From a virus: a DNA stretch of 64,000 nt. Under the pieces are notes generated by a model. The model was not told where the DNA came from and did not search any database. It worked only from the letters and a program-made list of their open reading frames with translations. The stretch covers positions 64,001-128,000 of IMG/VR virus record IMGVR_UViG_3300011113_000123; one strand, given 5' to 3'. Each line of letters starts with the position of its first letter. Position 1 is the stretch's first letter. Made by a program: the position numbers and the translations under genes. Shown piece after piece: positions 29,147 to 37,719 of this stretch.

Positions 29147-29852
29147 CGGCATATCTTTTATCATACCTTGTTACAACGAAGAGCAGTTCATTAGAGATTG
29201 TGTTCGTTCTATCAAAGAAGATACACAAGGTATGCCTAACATTGAGATCATCGTTATTGATAATAACTGCACTGATGCAACAGCAGATATCGCAAGAGAT
29301 GAAGGTGCGATTGTTATTAGCGAAGAACAAAAAGGCGTTGTCTTCGCTAGACAACGCGGCTATCTAGAATCTAAGTATGATCTAATAGCAAACATCGATG
29401 CTGACTCTAGGATCCCTTTGGGATGGACCAAAACTGCGCTTAGAACTATGTCTGATGAATCTGTTGTTGCAGTAACAGGTCCGCTGATTTATGATGACGC
29501 ATCTTTGAAACTTAGATTCGCAGTAAGATTATATTACTATCTTGCTTATATCAGTTGCCTACTGATTGGAGTATTTCTTCAAGGCGGAAATTGCTTGATT
29601 AGAAAGTCTGCGTTAGATGAATTGGGTGGTTATGATACTTCTGTAGCTTTTTATGGTGAAGATACCATGACTGCGAAGAGGTTAGAGCGTTATGGTAAAA
29701 TCAAGTTCAATATGAAACTGAATCTTTTCTCATCAGCAAGAAGATTGGAAAAGCAAGGCGTTCTGAAGACAACATGGTTATATCTCGTGAACTATTTGTA
29801 TGTGACTGTGAAGAACAAACCACATACTAACGAGTATAAGGACTTCAGATGA
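29136..29852 (+). CDS. GT2 glycosyltransferase
   Basis: IIPCYNEE, DNNCTD, NIDAD, GED. Confidence 0.9.
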   Translation: MMNSGISFIIPCYNEEQFIRDCVRSIKEDTQGMPNIEIIVIDNNCTDATADIARDEGAIVISEEQKGVVFARQRGYLESKYDLIANIDADSRIPLGWTKTALRTMSDESVVAVTGPLIYDDASLKLRFAVRLYYYLAYISCLLIGVFLQGGNCLIRKSALDELGGYDTSVAFYGEDTMTAKRLERYGKIKFNMKLNLFSSARRLEKQGVLKTTWLYLVNYLYVTVKNKPHTNEYKDFR

Positions 29853-30586
29853 AATCTTATAAGACAGTGTTCATTTCCGACATTCATCTTGGCACTAAAA
29901 TGTGCCAAGCACAAAATCTGCTAGAATTCTTCAAGACGTTTGAATGCGAAAGGATGTACCTTGTAGGAGACATCATTGATGGCTGGGCTATGCGAGGAAA
30001 GAAGTATTGGCCTCAACATCACAACGACGTTGTCCAGAAGTTACTAAGACGTGCAAGAAAAGGCACAGAGATTATCTATATTCCTGGTAATCACGACGAG
30101 TTCATGCGCGAATACTGCGATGCTGAGTTTGGTCATATGTTATTGCAGAAAGAAGCGGTGCATGTAGGCGTAGATGGTAAGATCTACTACGTTACTCATG
30201 GCGATCAGTTCGATGTCGTGATCACGAACGCCAAATGGTTAGCACATCTCGGTTCGTGGGCATATGACGTAAGTATTATGATCAGCCTAGGATTGAATAA
30301 GATACGTCATGCTCTAGGTATGCCCTACTGGTCTCTATCTTCATACCTTAAGCAAACTGTGAAGGAGTCTGTGAACTTCATCGGCAACTACGAAGAGACG
30401 CTTTCAGACTATGTTAGTAAGAAGGGTTACAATGGTATTATTTGCGGTCATATACACCATGCTAATATTCGTGATATTAGCAGCGTTAGATATATAAACT
30501 GCGGCGATTGGGTTGAAAGTATGACCGCTATCGTCGAGCATCATGATGGGCGTTTTGAACTAATAGAATGGAAATCAAATGAATGA
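29849..30586 (+). CDS. PlcP-like metallophosphoesterase (LpxH family)
   Basis: ISDIHLG, GDIIDGW, GNHDE, HGDQFD, CGHIHH, NCGDWVES. Confidence 0.85.
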   Translation: MKSYKTVFISDIHLGTKMCQAQNLLEFFKTFECERMYLVGDIIDGWAMRGKKYWPQHHNDVVQKLLRRARKGTEIIYIPGNHDEFMREYCDAEFGHMLLQKEAVHVGVDGKIYYVTHGDQFDVVITNAKWLAHLGSWAYDVSIMISLGLNKIRHALGMPYWSLSSYLKQTVKESVNFIGNYEETLSDYVSKKGYNGIICGHIHHANIRDISSVRYINCGDWVESMTAIVEHHDGRFELIEWKSNE

Positions 30587-30770
30587 ATCCCTGATGAGCA
30601 TCAATGAACGTTATAGCATGCTGCTCGATAAGTTTGAATCTATCCGCGCTAATGTTCATCTCGTTGCTGGTGAAGAGCTAGAGTTCGCTATGAAGGAAAT
30701 GGATAAGATAGAAACTATCTTGAAACAGCTTGAGGACCTATACCCAGAGGACGTTTCACGCCATATATAA
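30579..30770 (+). CDS. hypothetical protein
   Basis: coupled ORF. Confidence 0.6.
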   Translation: MNESLMSINERYSMLLDKFESIRANVHLVAGEELEFAMKEMDKIETILKQLEDLYPEDVSRHI

Positions 30771-30774
30771 CTGT

Positions 30775-31239
30775 ATGGCCAGTTATGATAATCCTTGGAC
30801 TTTTAACGGAATAGAGTTTGACAGTGAAGATATCGGGAACTCCTATGGGTTTGTGTATCTTATTACGACGCCAGAAGGCCAGAAGTATGTCGGAAGAAAA
30901 TACTTCTGGTCAGTCCGCAAAGTACGCGGAAAGAGTCGTCGCCAGCGATCTGAATCCGACTGGAAAACTTACTATGGATCCAGTGACGCCCTCAAGGCTA
31001 AGATCAAAGATTCTGACAAATCCCTCTTCAGACGCGAAATAATTTCTTTACATTCGACTAAAGGTGATGTGAACGTAACTGAAGTCCGACTACAATTTGT
31101 TATGAATGTGTTGGAGGACGAGTCTTTCATCAACGAAAATGTTAATGGTAAGTGGCATCGGCCTCCAGATCACATTGTCGCGAATCGTCGTATTTCTGCT
31201 GAGTACATGTTAATTTTTAGAAAGGATATAAATGTATAA
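30775..31239 (+). CDS. GIY-YIG family endonuclease
   Basis: YGFVYLIT...KYVGRK...SDWKTYYGSS. Confidence 0.8.
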   Translation: MASYDNPWTFNGIEFDSEDIGNSYGFVYLITTPEGQKYVGRKYFWSVRKVRGKSRRQRSESDWKTYYGSSDALKAKIKDSDKSLFRREIISLHSTKGDVNVTEVRLQFVMNVLEDESFINENVNGKWHRPPDHIVANRRISAEYMLIFRKDINV

Positions 31240-31462
31240 GAAACGATCAGGTTTCGTTAATGGTAGACCATTATATGGCTGGTCGACTGGTAAGCAAACA
31301 AAACCGAATGATTATTATAATCCTTATAAGCGCGATCCACACTTTACTGGTGGAATGAACCGAAAGATACATGAAAGCAAAAAGAACGGTCTTTATTGGT
31401 TGACAGATGAAGAAAGAGAACGTATGATACAGGAGTATATGGAGAACAAAGAAAATGAGTGA
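31232..31462 (+). CDS. hypothetical protein
   Basis: coupled ORF with RBS. Confidence 0.55.
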   Translation: MYKKRSGFVNGRPLYGWSTGKQTKPNDYYNPYKRDPHFTGGMNRKIHESKKNGLYWLTDEERERMIQEYMENKENE

Positions 31463-32012
31463 AACCGATTCTCTGCCCTCGCATCTAGGCGGACATCTCA
31501 ACAAGACGCATAACGATCGTGGTCTTCTCCAGTATCTTATTGGAGAATACAAAATCAAGTCGTTCCTTGACGTAGGTTGTGGTCCTGGTGGTATGGTCGC
31601 GCTCGCGGGAATGCGCGGGCTCGAAGCTGTTGGCATCGACGGCGACTGGGAAGTTCCTAAAGAGCCAGACACGAATATCGTTATCCACGACTTTACCACT
31701 GGTCCTTGCCTTCTGACGAAAGCTCAGTTTGATCTTGGTTGGTCTGTAGAGTTTCTAGAGCATGTCGAAGAGCGATACATGGATAACTACATGGCTGCGT
31801 TCCAGCGATGCAAGTATGTTGTATGCACTGCTGCGCCGCCAGGCTATCCCGGGCATCATCACGTAAACTGTCAGACTGAGGAATACTGGATTAAGAAGTT
31901 CGACAGTTACGGATTCGATTTTGATCTGCAACAGACAGTTACAATCCGCGCAATGTCTACTATGCAAAAGCCGTTCATGCAAACCACAGGAATGTTCTAC
32001 AGGAGACGATAA
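31455..32012 (+). CDS. class I SAM-dependent methyltransferase
   Basis: LDVGCGPG, GIDG, SVEFLEHV. Confidence 0.88.
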   Translation: MSETDSLPSHLGGHLNKTHNDRGLLQYLIGEYKIKSFLDVGCGPGGMVALAGMRGLEAVGIDGDWEVPKEPDTNIVIHDFTTGPCLLTKAQFDLGWSVEFLEHVEERYMDNYMAAFQRCKYVVCTAAPPGYPGHHHVNCQTEEYWIKKFDSYGFDFDLQQTVTIRAMSTMQKPFMQTTGMFYRRR

Positions 32013-32719
32013 TGAACTACAACTCAATGGATGTCGCTTCAATTAGAAGCAAGATTGCGTATGACGAAGGTCTGCGCAATTTCATGTTGCAAGTATATAA
32101 CTACATGACGTTTGCGCTTGCGCTCAGCGGTCTCGTAGCACTCGGTGTATCTATGTCGCCGACGCTCATGGCTGGCATCTGGGGATCGCCGCTCAAGTGG
32201 GTTGTAGTGTTTGCTCCGTTGGCTATGAGCTTGGGCTTCATGTTCATGGTTGACAAGATGTCTTCGGCTACAGCCAGACTATTCCTGTTTGCGTTTGCTG
32301 CTGCGATGGGATTGAGTCTCAGTTCTATCTTTGCCATCTATAAGATGGGTAGCATCATCCATGTGTTCTTTATCTCGGCTGCTACGTTCGGGGCTGCTTC
32401 GTTGTATGGTTACACAACGAAAAAGGACTTGACAAGCATGGGATCATTTTTTATAATGGGAGCTATTGGTATTGCTATCGCAAGCGTGGTTAATCTGTTC
32501 CTACAGAGTTCAGCCTTCGCTTTCGTTATCAGTATCCTTGCTGTTCTTGTGTTCACTGGCTTGACTGCGTATGATACTCAGCAGATCAAGCAAACGTATG
32601 ATGAAACTGAAGGCGACGAGCGACAGAAGGCAGGCGTGATTGGTGCGCTGATGTTGTACATGGACTTTATCAACATCTTCGTCCATCTGCTACAGATCCT
32701 TGGAGATAAGAAAGAATGA
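32012..32719 (+). CDS. Bax inhibitor-1/YccA family membrane protein
   Basis: YGYTTKKDL, GLTAYDTQ, GALMLYMDFIN; about 7 TM. Confidence 0.92.
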   Translation: MNYNSMDVASIRSKIAYDEGLRNFMLQVYNYMTFALALSGLVALGVSMSPTLMAGIWGSPLKWVVVFAPLAMSLGFMFMVDKMSSATARLFLFAFAAAMGLSLSSIFAIYKMGSIIHVFFISAATFGAASLYGYTTKKDLTSMGSFFIMGAIGIAIASVVNLFLQSSAFAFVISILAVLVFTGLTAYDTQQIKQTYDETEGDERQKAGVIGALMLYMDFINIFVHLLQILGDKKE

Positions 32720-33444
32720 TGGAACCTATTCGTATTTTCGTAGGCACCTCCTCTAACAACGAGGACGCCGAAGCTGAAATGGTTCTGGAGTATACGCTCC
32801 GTAAGAACACCACAGTCCCTCTTGATATTACGTGGATGCGTCAGACCCACGACGAGAACAGCATCTGGGGTGGCTGGGAAACTCGTCGTTGGTCGACTCC
32901 GTTCAGCGGATTCCGTTGGGCTATCCCTGAAGCATGTGATTTCACGGGACGAGCTATCTACATGGACGTAGATCAGCTGAACCTGCGCGATATCTCAGAT
33001 CTATTCTGTATTGACCTTGAGGGTCGTCCGATGGCTGCGCGTCGTGGTGCTCGCTTTGGTGGGCACGAGTTTTGTGTTATCCTTATGGACTGCGAGAAGC
33101 TCGGTGACATGCTACAGCCAGCTGCACGAATGAAACGTAATGCAGACGCGCACCATCGTTATATCGGTATGTTCTCAGGAAGCGACTACGTTCTTGATCT
33201 AGATCCGCGTTGGAACTGTCATGATGGAGATGGTCGTGAGATTGCTGATATCTGGCATCTACATTATACCGACATGGCTACGCAACCATGGAAGCCAGCC
33301 TGGTATACGGGCGTTCCATGCGAGCATCCGCGTCAGGACCTAGTTAAGTTGTGGCATGATACGCGAGCAGAAGCTGCTCTGAATGGTTGGGCTCCGCATC
33401 TCAATAATGAAGTTTATGGTGATTACAGGATTATTGGTCGATGA
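32716..33444 (+). CDS. GT-A glycosyltransferase (GT8-like)
   Basis: STPFSGFRW, AIYMDVD, WNCHD, LHYT. Confidence 0.8.
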   Translation: MMEPIRIFVGTSSNNEDAEAEMVLEYTLRKNTTVPLDITWMRQTHDENSIWGGWETRRWSTPFSGFRWAIPEACDFTGRAIYMDVDQLNLRDISDLFCIDLEGRPMAARRGARFGGHEFCVILMDCEKLGDMLQPAARMKRNADAHHRYIGMFSGSDYVLDLDPRWNCHDGDGREIADIWHLHYTDMATQPWKPAWYTGVPCEHPRQDLVKLWHDTRAEAALNGWAPHLNNEVYGDYRIIGR

Positions 33445-34160
33445 GACTATTTGCTTCATGCGATTCCGTTTATCTTAATCAACACGCTCCCGCGTTGATT
33501 GCTTCGGCTGCATATGCCGAGAACTCTATTCATCTGCATGTGATTCAGCCGAAGCATGAGGACTTTGAATTCCTAGATCATTTGTCTTCACGATACAACA
33601 AGATCGTTGGTTGGCCTCAGAGCGAGTTTACATATTCGACTGCGCCTATGTGGACTGAAGCTAAAGAGAGCGAATCGCGTCGAACTGTGTATGCTACAGA
33701 TCGTTTCCTTTCTGTCATGACGCAAATGATCGCACGACCAGATCAGTATCTTATCATTGATACTGACTGTCTCATCATGAAGCACATCAGCGAAAGTGAT
33801 TTGCATGGTGATGTGGGTCTGTTCCTTCGTGATCCGCTGCCAGGAACTGTTGGATGGGAAGCGCAAGGTACTCGTTGTGCCGCAGGCGCAGTCTATTACT
33901 CTTCGCGTTCTATAGAGTTCGCTCAAGCTGTTGCTAAACGTATTCGTCAGGGTCCGCTCGCATGGTTCCTCGATCAGGTTGCTATCAGCGAAACGTATGC
34001 GGCGATGAAGGATCGTTATAGATATCAATACTTCGACGGAAACTTCATGGATTGGGAGTTCAAGGAAGGAACGACGATCTGGACAGGCAAGGGTCCACGC
34101 AAGTATGATAATCCAACGTATGTGGCTAAGAAGTGTTATTACGACGGGATGATGAGATGA
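33441..34160 (+). CDS. GT-A nucleotide-diphospho-sugar transferase-like
   Basis: IIDTD, WFLDQ, IWTGKG. Confidence 0.7.
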   Translation: MRLFASCDSVYLNQHAPALIASAAYAENSIHLHVIQPKHEDFEFLDHLSSRYNKIVGWPQSEFTYSTAPMWTEAKESESRRTVYATDRFLSVMTQMIARPDQYLIIDTDCLIMKHISESDLHGDVGLFLRDPLPGTVGWEAQGTRCAAGAVYYSSRSIEFAQAVAKRIRQGPLAWFLDQVAISETYAAMKDRYRYQYFDGNFMDWEFKEGTTIWTGKGPRKYDNPTYVAKKCYYDGMMR

Positions 34161-35116
34161 GGAAGATTGCGTTTTTGTTTCCACGCCTTGACGTTACTTT
34201 CAAGGAAGGTCATGTTCCCCAAGCGAGAGGACCGATTCCTCCGATTCGTGTTCACTGGCAGAAACTAGCTGATCGCGTTGTAAACGCACATCGCCTTAAA
34301 GGTGATATGGTGCAGTTCATTGAAAAGCCCTTGTGGCAGTTTACTACGGAGTTCGTGGAATCATTAGACGTTGATATCGTATACGTTCCGCATAAGTCAA
34401 CGGACACGTTCCCAGTCTTTAATAAGGAAGTCCGTTATTATATGCAATCAGTGTTCCCTTTCCAGTTCTATATCGACTCGAAGGGGTTCGCTGGTGGCGC
34501 TTCAAGATATCCGTTTGACTTTGATCGGGATCGTGAAGTGCCGCATGGTAGCTTCTATTCTCAGATGATCGCTCGCGCGCTCACGGGAGAAAGTAAGTTC
34601 GATCAGCCATCTAAAAAGAATCTAAGCCTACCCAACGATTTCGTTCTGTATCTGTGTCAGATCCCGCATGATGAGACTATCAAGTATCATTCAAACGTAA
34701 CTGTCGAACAAGCAGTTGAAACAACTTGTAAGGCTACAGAACAGCTAAATATCCCACTATACGTTAAGGGTCATCCAGTCAATCCCATGAGCATGGTCAA
34801 TCTTATGACCATCGCTTCGCGATATAGACACACCAGATGGATTGAGGATGTTAACATTCATGATTTGATCCCTCACGCGCGAGCAGTCGTAGTCGTGAAC
34901 TCTGGAACTGGTATGGAGACGCTACTTCATAAGCGTCCTATTGTTACTTTCGGGCGTTGTGAGTATGATTGTGTGAGTAATCAAGCTACGACTGATAACA
35001 TCGTCGATATCCTCAGGGATCCTAAATTCGACGAGAAAGAAGTACGAGCGTTTTTCGAGTCGTGGTACGAATGGACCTACGACACAAGAAACAGTAAATC
35101 TTTTGAACGACTTTAG
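34157..35116 (+). CDS. capsule polysaccharide (KpsS/KpsC-like) GT-B protein
   Basis: CQIPHDE, VKGHP, VNSGTGMETLL. Confidence 0.75.
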   Translation: MRKIAFLFPRLDVTFKEGHVPQARGPIPPIRVHWQKLADRVVNAHRLKGDMVQFIEKPLWQFTTEFVESLDVDIVYVPHKSTDTFPVFNKEVRYYMQSVFPFQFYIDSKGFAGGASRYPFDFDRDREVPHGSFYSQMIARALTGESKFDQPSKKNLSLPNDFVLYLCQIPHDETIKYHSNVTVEQAVETTCKATEQLNIPLYVKGHPVNPMSMVNLMTIASRYRHTRWIEDVNIHDLIPHARAVVVVNSGTGMETLLHKRPIVTFGRCEYDCVSNQATTDNIVDILRDPKFDEKEVRAFFESWYEWTYDTRNSKSFERL

Positions 35117-35125
35117 GAGGCTAAC

Positions 35126-35491
35126 ATGGCATATTGGGGATACCATCTTCTTCTAGATTGCGCAGAACTTGACAACGCAGCAATCACGAGCTATGATACT
35201 ATCTACGCTTTCACGAAGCGCCTCGTCAACGATATCGACATGGTTGCTTACGGTGAGCCACAGATCGTAAACTTTGGATCTGGTAATAAGGCTGGATACA
35301 CTCTTGTTCAGCTGATTGAAACATCTAACATCGTTGCTCACTTCGTACCTGATGATGGTATGGGTGGAAACGCAATGTACCTTGACGTTTTCTCTTGTAA
35401 GGAGTATGATGATCAAGTTGTTATCGCTTTGGTCAAGGAATATTTTGGCGCTAAGTATGTTCGTCCGAACTTCTTGACAAGACAAGCGTGA
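35126..35491 (+). CDS. speD: S-adenosylmethionine decarboxylase proenzyme
   Basis: GYHLLLD, LIETSNI autocleavage region, YLDVFSCK. Confidence 0.85.
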   Translation: MAYWGYHLLLDCAELDNAAITSYDTIYAFTKRLVNDIDMVAYGEPQIVNFGSGNKAGYTLVQLIETSNIVAHFVPDDGMGGNAMYLDVFSCKEYDDQVVIALVKEYFGAKYVRPNFLTRQA

Positions 35492-35516
35492 CGCGGTACA
35501 ATGAACAATAAAGATT

Positions 35517-35591
35517 GCGGGTATAACTCAGAGGTAGAGTGTCAGCCTTCCAAGCTGTTCGTCGCAGGTTCGAATCCTGTTGCCCGCTCCA
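35517..35591 (+). tRNA. tRNA-Gly(TCC)
   Basis: cloverleaf + CCA; promoter TTGACA-N17-TACAAT at 35474-35502. Confidence 0.92.
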
Positions 35592-35704
35592 ACTTTCTTG
35601 ACTGGTGTAAAATCACTATGTCATTGATCCTCTGCAACTGGATGGCTATCTCTGCTGGCATCATGTTGTGGATTTATAATGTTGTCTTCAACTAAGGAGT
35701 AAAT

Positions 35705-36232
35705 ATGAAGAATACAGTTATTGCGTTCGCTCTGCTGGCTAGCACTGTTGCTGCTAATGCTACAGACATCTCAAGCATTCCTTCGCGTCTGAGCCCTGCC
35801 GCTCCAGTTGCTGCGCTCGTATCTCCGCCTAAGTTTTGGGTCGGCGTCAACGGCGGTGCTTCTGTAACTAATGGTCTCAACTCCGATTCTCCGTGGAACG
35901 TCGGTGCTGTCGCTGGATATAACTTCTTGAGCTTTGGTCCAGTTTCTGTCGGAGCGGAAGCCGCATATGACTACGTCAAGGGTGGTACTCAGGAAGTTGG
36001 TGGCAATGCAGTCGCTTCTGTCGGTATTGGTTTATTCTCACCATATGCTCTCGGCGGCATTGGATATCGTTGGACCGACTTTGGTAACGAGCGTATCTGG
36101 ACTGTTGGTGCGGGTCTGAAGTATTCTATCGCTCGTAATCTCGAGGTTGATACTCGTTATCGTCGTATCGAAAACTGGGATCGCACGAATCATGATGATC
36201 GTGTAACTCTCGGCGTGAACTACAAGTTCTGA
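35705..36232 (+). CDS. outer-membrane beta-barrel protein (Omp25/RopB-like)
   Basis: signal peptide, amphipathic strands, C-terminal GVNYKF. Confidence 0.85.
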   Translation: MKNTVIAFALLASTVAANATDISSIPSRLSPAAPVAALVSPPKFWVGVNGGASVTNGLNSDSPWNVGAVAGYNFLSFGPVSVGAEAAYDYVKGGTQEVGGNAVASVGIGLFSPYALGGIGYRWTDFGNERIWTVGAGLKYSIARNLEVDTRYRRIENWDRTNHDDRVTLGVNYKF

Positions 36233-36351
36233 TGGCACAGGCCGCATATATAATTGCGGCTCTGCTGTTCTTGACGGCTGGGCTTATGCTTTGGATAGCA
36301 TTCGGTCCAGCCGTTTTCCTTTCCTATCTAGCGTATTCGTTCATGTGCTAA
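36232..36351 (+). CDS. 39-aa hydrophobic peptide (not in track)
   Basis: TGATG coupling; MAQAAYIIAALLFL... Confidence 0.5.
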   Translation: MAQAAYIIAALLFLTAGLMLWIAFGPAVFLSYLAYSFMC

Positions 36352-36352
36352 T

Positions 36353-36430
36353 GCCCGCGTAGGCCAACTGGTTAGAGTCAAGAGACTTAAAATCTCTAAA
36401 GTGTCGGTTCGAATCCGACCGCGGGTACCA
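36353..36430 (+). tRNA. tRNA-Leu(TAA), short variable region
   Basis: loop CTTAAAA, CCA. Confidence 0.88.
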
Positions 36431-36475
36431 TAGCTTTGGCTAGACCATAACGGAAGCGTAACAATAGGGGGGCCC

Positions 36476-36504
36476 TTGACAATTATCCCCTTACCCGCTA
36501 GAAT
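36476..36504 (+). promoter_or_regulatory. early sigma70 promoter
   Basis: TTGACA-N17-TAGAAT. Confidence 0.8.
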
Positions 36505-36582
36505 CAGTAAATGGATAGCACCCCGCTACCCCCACCCTATAGCTACGCCCTAGCTATAGCTACCCCGTATAAGGATTTTCTT

Positions 36583-36732
36583 ATGGACCTCGAGTCAATC
36601 TACCGCGATTTTCAAGCCCTCGCTTCTGTAGCTGAAAAGGTTACGTTCCTTAAGCAATTAGCTACGCTTAACCTGCCCTACGATATCAATTACGAAGCGC
36701 TCATTTCCGCTTGGGAACGTAACGAAAATTGA
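36583..36732 (+). CDS. 49-aa hypothetical early protein
   Basis: AAGGA RBS before MDLESIY. Confidence 0.6.
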   Translation: MDLESIYRDFQALASVAEKVTFLKQLATLNLPYDINYEALISAWERNEN

Positions 36733-36787
36733 TACAAAAAAGTTGAAAAAACTCCAAAAAACTTTTCCGAGTAAAATCAGTGACTTA
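36719..36787 (+). repeat. A-tract + IHF-consensus element, copy 1
   Basis: TTGATACAAAAAAG...AAAAAACTTT...AATCAGTGACTTA, repeated at 57866-57924. Confidence 0.75.
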
Positions 36788-36813
36788 GTGCTAACCCTTT
36801 GTTTTTACAAGGC

Positions 36814-36842
36814 TTGACAACCAGCCTGATACCGTATACAAT
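36814..36842 (+). promoter_or_regulatory. early sigma70 promoter
   Basis: TTGACA-N17-TACAAT. Confidence 0.8.
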
Positions 36843-36876
36843 CATATATGTAAGGTCGAGTTAAGGAGTTCAGCGT

Positions 36877-36981
36877 ATGTCAGCCACCGATATCCTAGTC
36901 GTGTTCAGCCCCCTCCTCGTTCTGGTCACGATCATGTTCATCGGGTTTACCTACGTTCATTACCTCGATAACCGCCCTTGA
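36877..36981 (+). CDS. 34-aa membrane peptide (not in track)
   Basis: TAAGGAG RBS, own promoter, single TM. Confidence 0.65.
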   Translation: MSATDILVVFSPLLVLVTIMFIGFTYVHYLDNRP

Positions 36982-37006
36982 CAATCTTTCTAGCGCCCGC
37001 TAGAAT
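36978..37006 (+). promoter_or_regulatory. early sigma70 promoter
   Basis: TTGACA-N17-TAGAAT. Confidence 0.8.
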
Positions 37007-37040
37007 CAATAATGTACCAACTTGTGGAGACCTGTATATC

Positions 37041-37637
37041 ATGGCTATCAAACTCAACCCCGCTAAAGCTCAGTTCGTTATCGATCTGCTCAAGTCTAAC
37101 TCCAACCGCTTCACGCCTGCTCAGCTTCTGTCTGCGACTGGTAACGAGCGTCGCGCTCGCTCCGCTCTCAGCCATGCTCGTATGGCTGGCATTGTGCTCG
37201 AGGCTGTCCGCGACAGCGGTCGTGCAGTGACTGCGTATGTCGCGAACGGATCGCTCCCCTCGCTTCCTGCGAGCGCTGCGAAAGCGTCTCGTGCGAAGTC
37301 CGCTAAGTCTGCGAAGACTGCTCGCGTAGCTGCGACTCCCAAGGTCAAGGCTGCACCTGCGGTCAAGACCAAGCGTGTCGCTAAGGCTAAGGCTGCTCCC
37401 GCCGCTGCTCCCGTCAAGTCTGACGAGGAAGTTGCTGCGATCAAGGCTAAGAATCTCGAGACTATGCGCGAGGTTTCTCAGCGTCACGCCAAGTTCGAGG
37501 ATCGTCTGACCCCCGAGCAGCGCGCGATCCGCAAGGAGTTCTACGCCGAGGAAGAAGCCATCGCTCGTATGGAAGAGCAGGCTGCGTTGCGCGCCAACGC
37601 TCCGTCCTTCCTGTTCAAGGAATCGTATTCCGAGTGA
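37041..37637 (+). CDS. early protein with HTH-like N-terminus and Ala/Lys/Pro-rich histone-H1-like linker
   Basis: GGAG RBS; AAKASRAKSAKSAK...AKAKAAPAAAP. Confidence 0.7.
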   Translation: MAIKLNPAKAQFVIDLLKSNSNRFTPAQLLSATGNERRARSALSHARMAGIVLEAVRDSGRAVTAYVANGSLPSLPASAAKASRAKSAKSAKTARVAATPKVKAAPAVKTKRVAKAKAAPAAAPVKSDEEVAAIKAKNLETMREVSQRHAKFEDRLTPEQRAIRKEFYAEEEAIARMEEQAALRANAPSFLFKESYSE

Positions 37638-37665
37638 TCGCTTGATTTAACAGTACCACGGGCCC

Positions 37666-37694
37666 TTGACAACCATATCTGCCCGTGGTATCAT
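37666..37694 (+). promoter_or_regulatory. early sigma70 promoter inside an inverted repeat (37641-37703)
   Basis: TTGACA-N17-TATCAT. Confidence 0.75.
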
Positions 37695-37719
37695 TAAATC
37701 AAGTTCAATGAGGTTCGCT

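Noticed and set aside
29849-30586. True LpxH lipid A enzyme
   Set aside because: It has GNHD rather than GNRD and PlcP-type segments
31455-32012. DNA C5-methyltransferase partner for TET
   Set aside because: It is a short class I MTase without the PC/ENV motifs and lies among glycan genes
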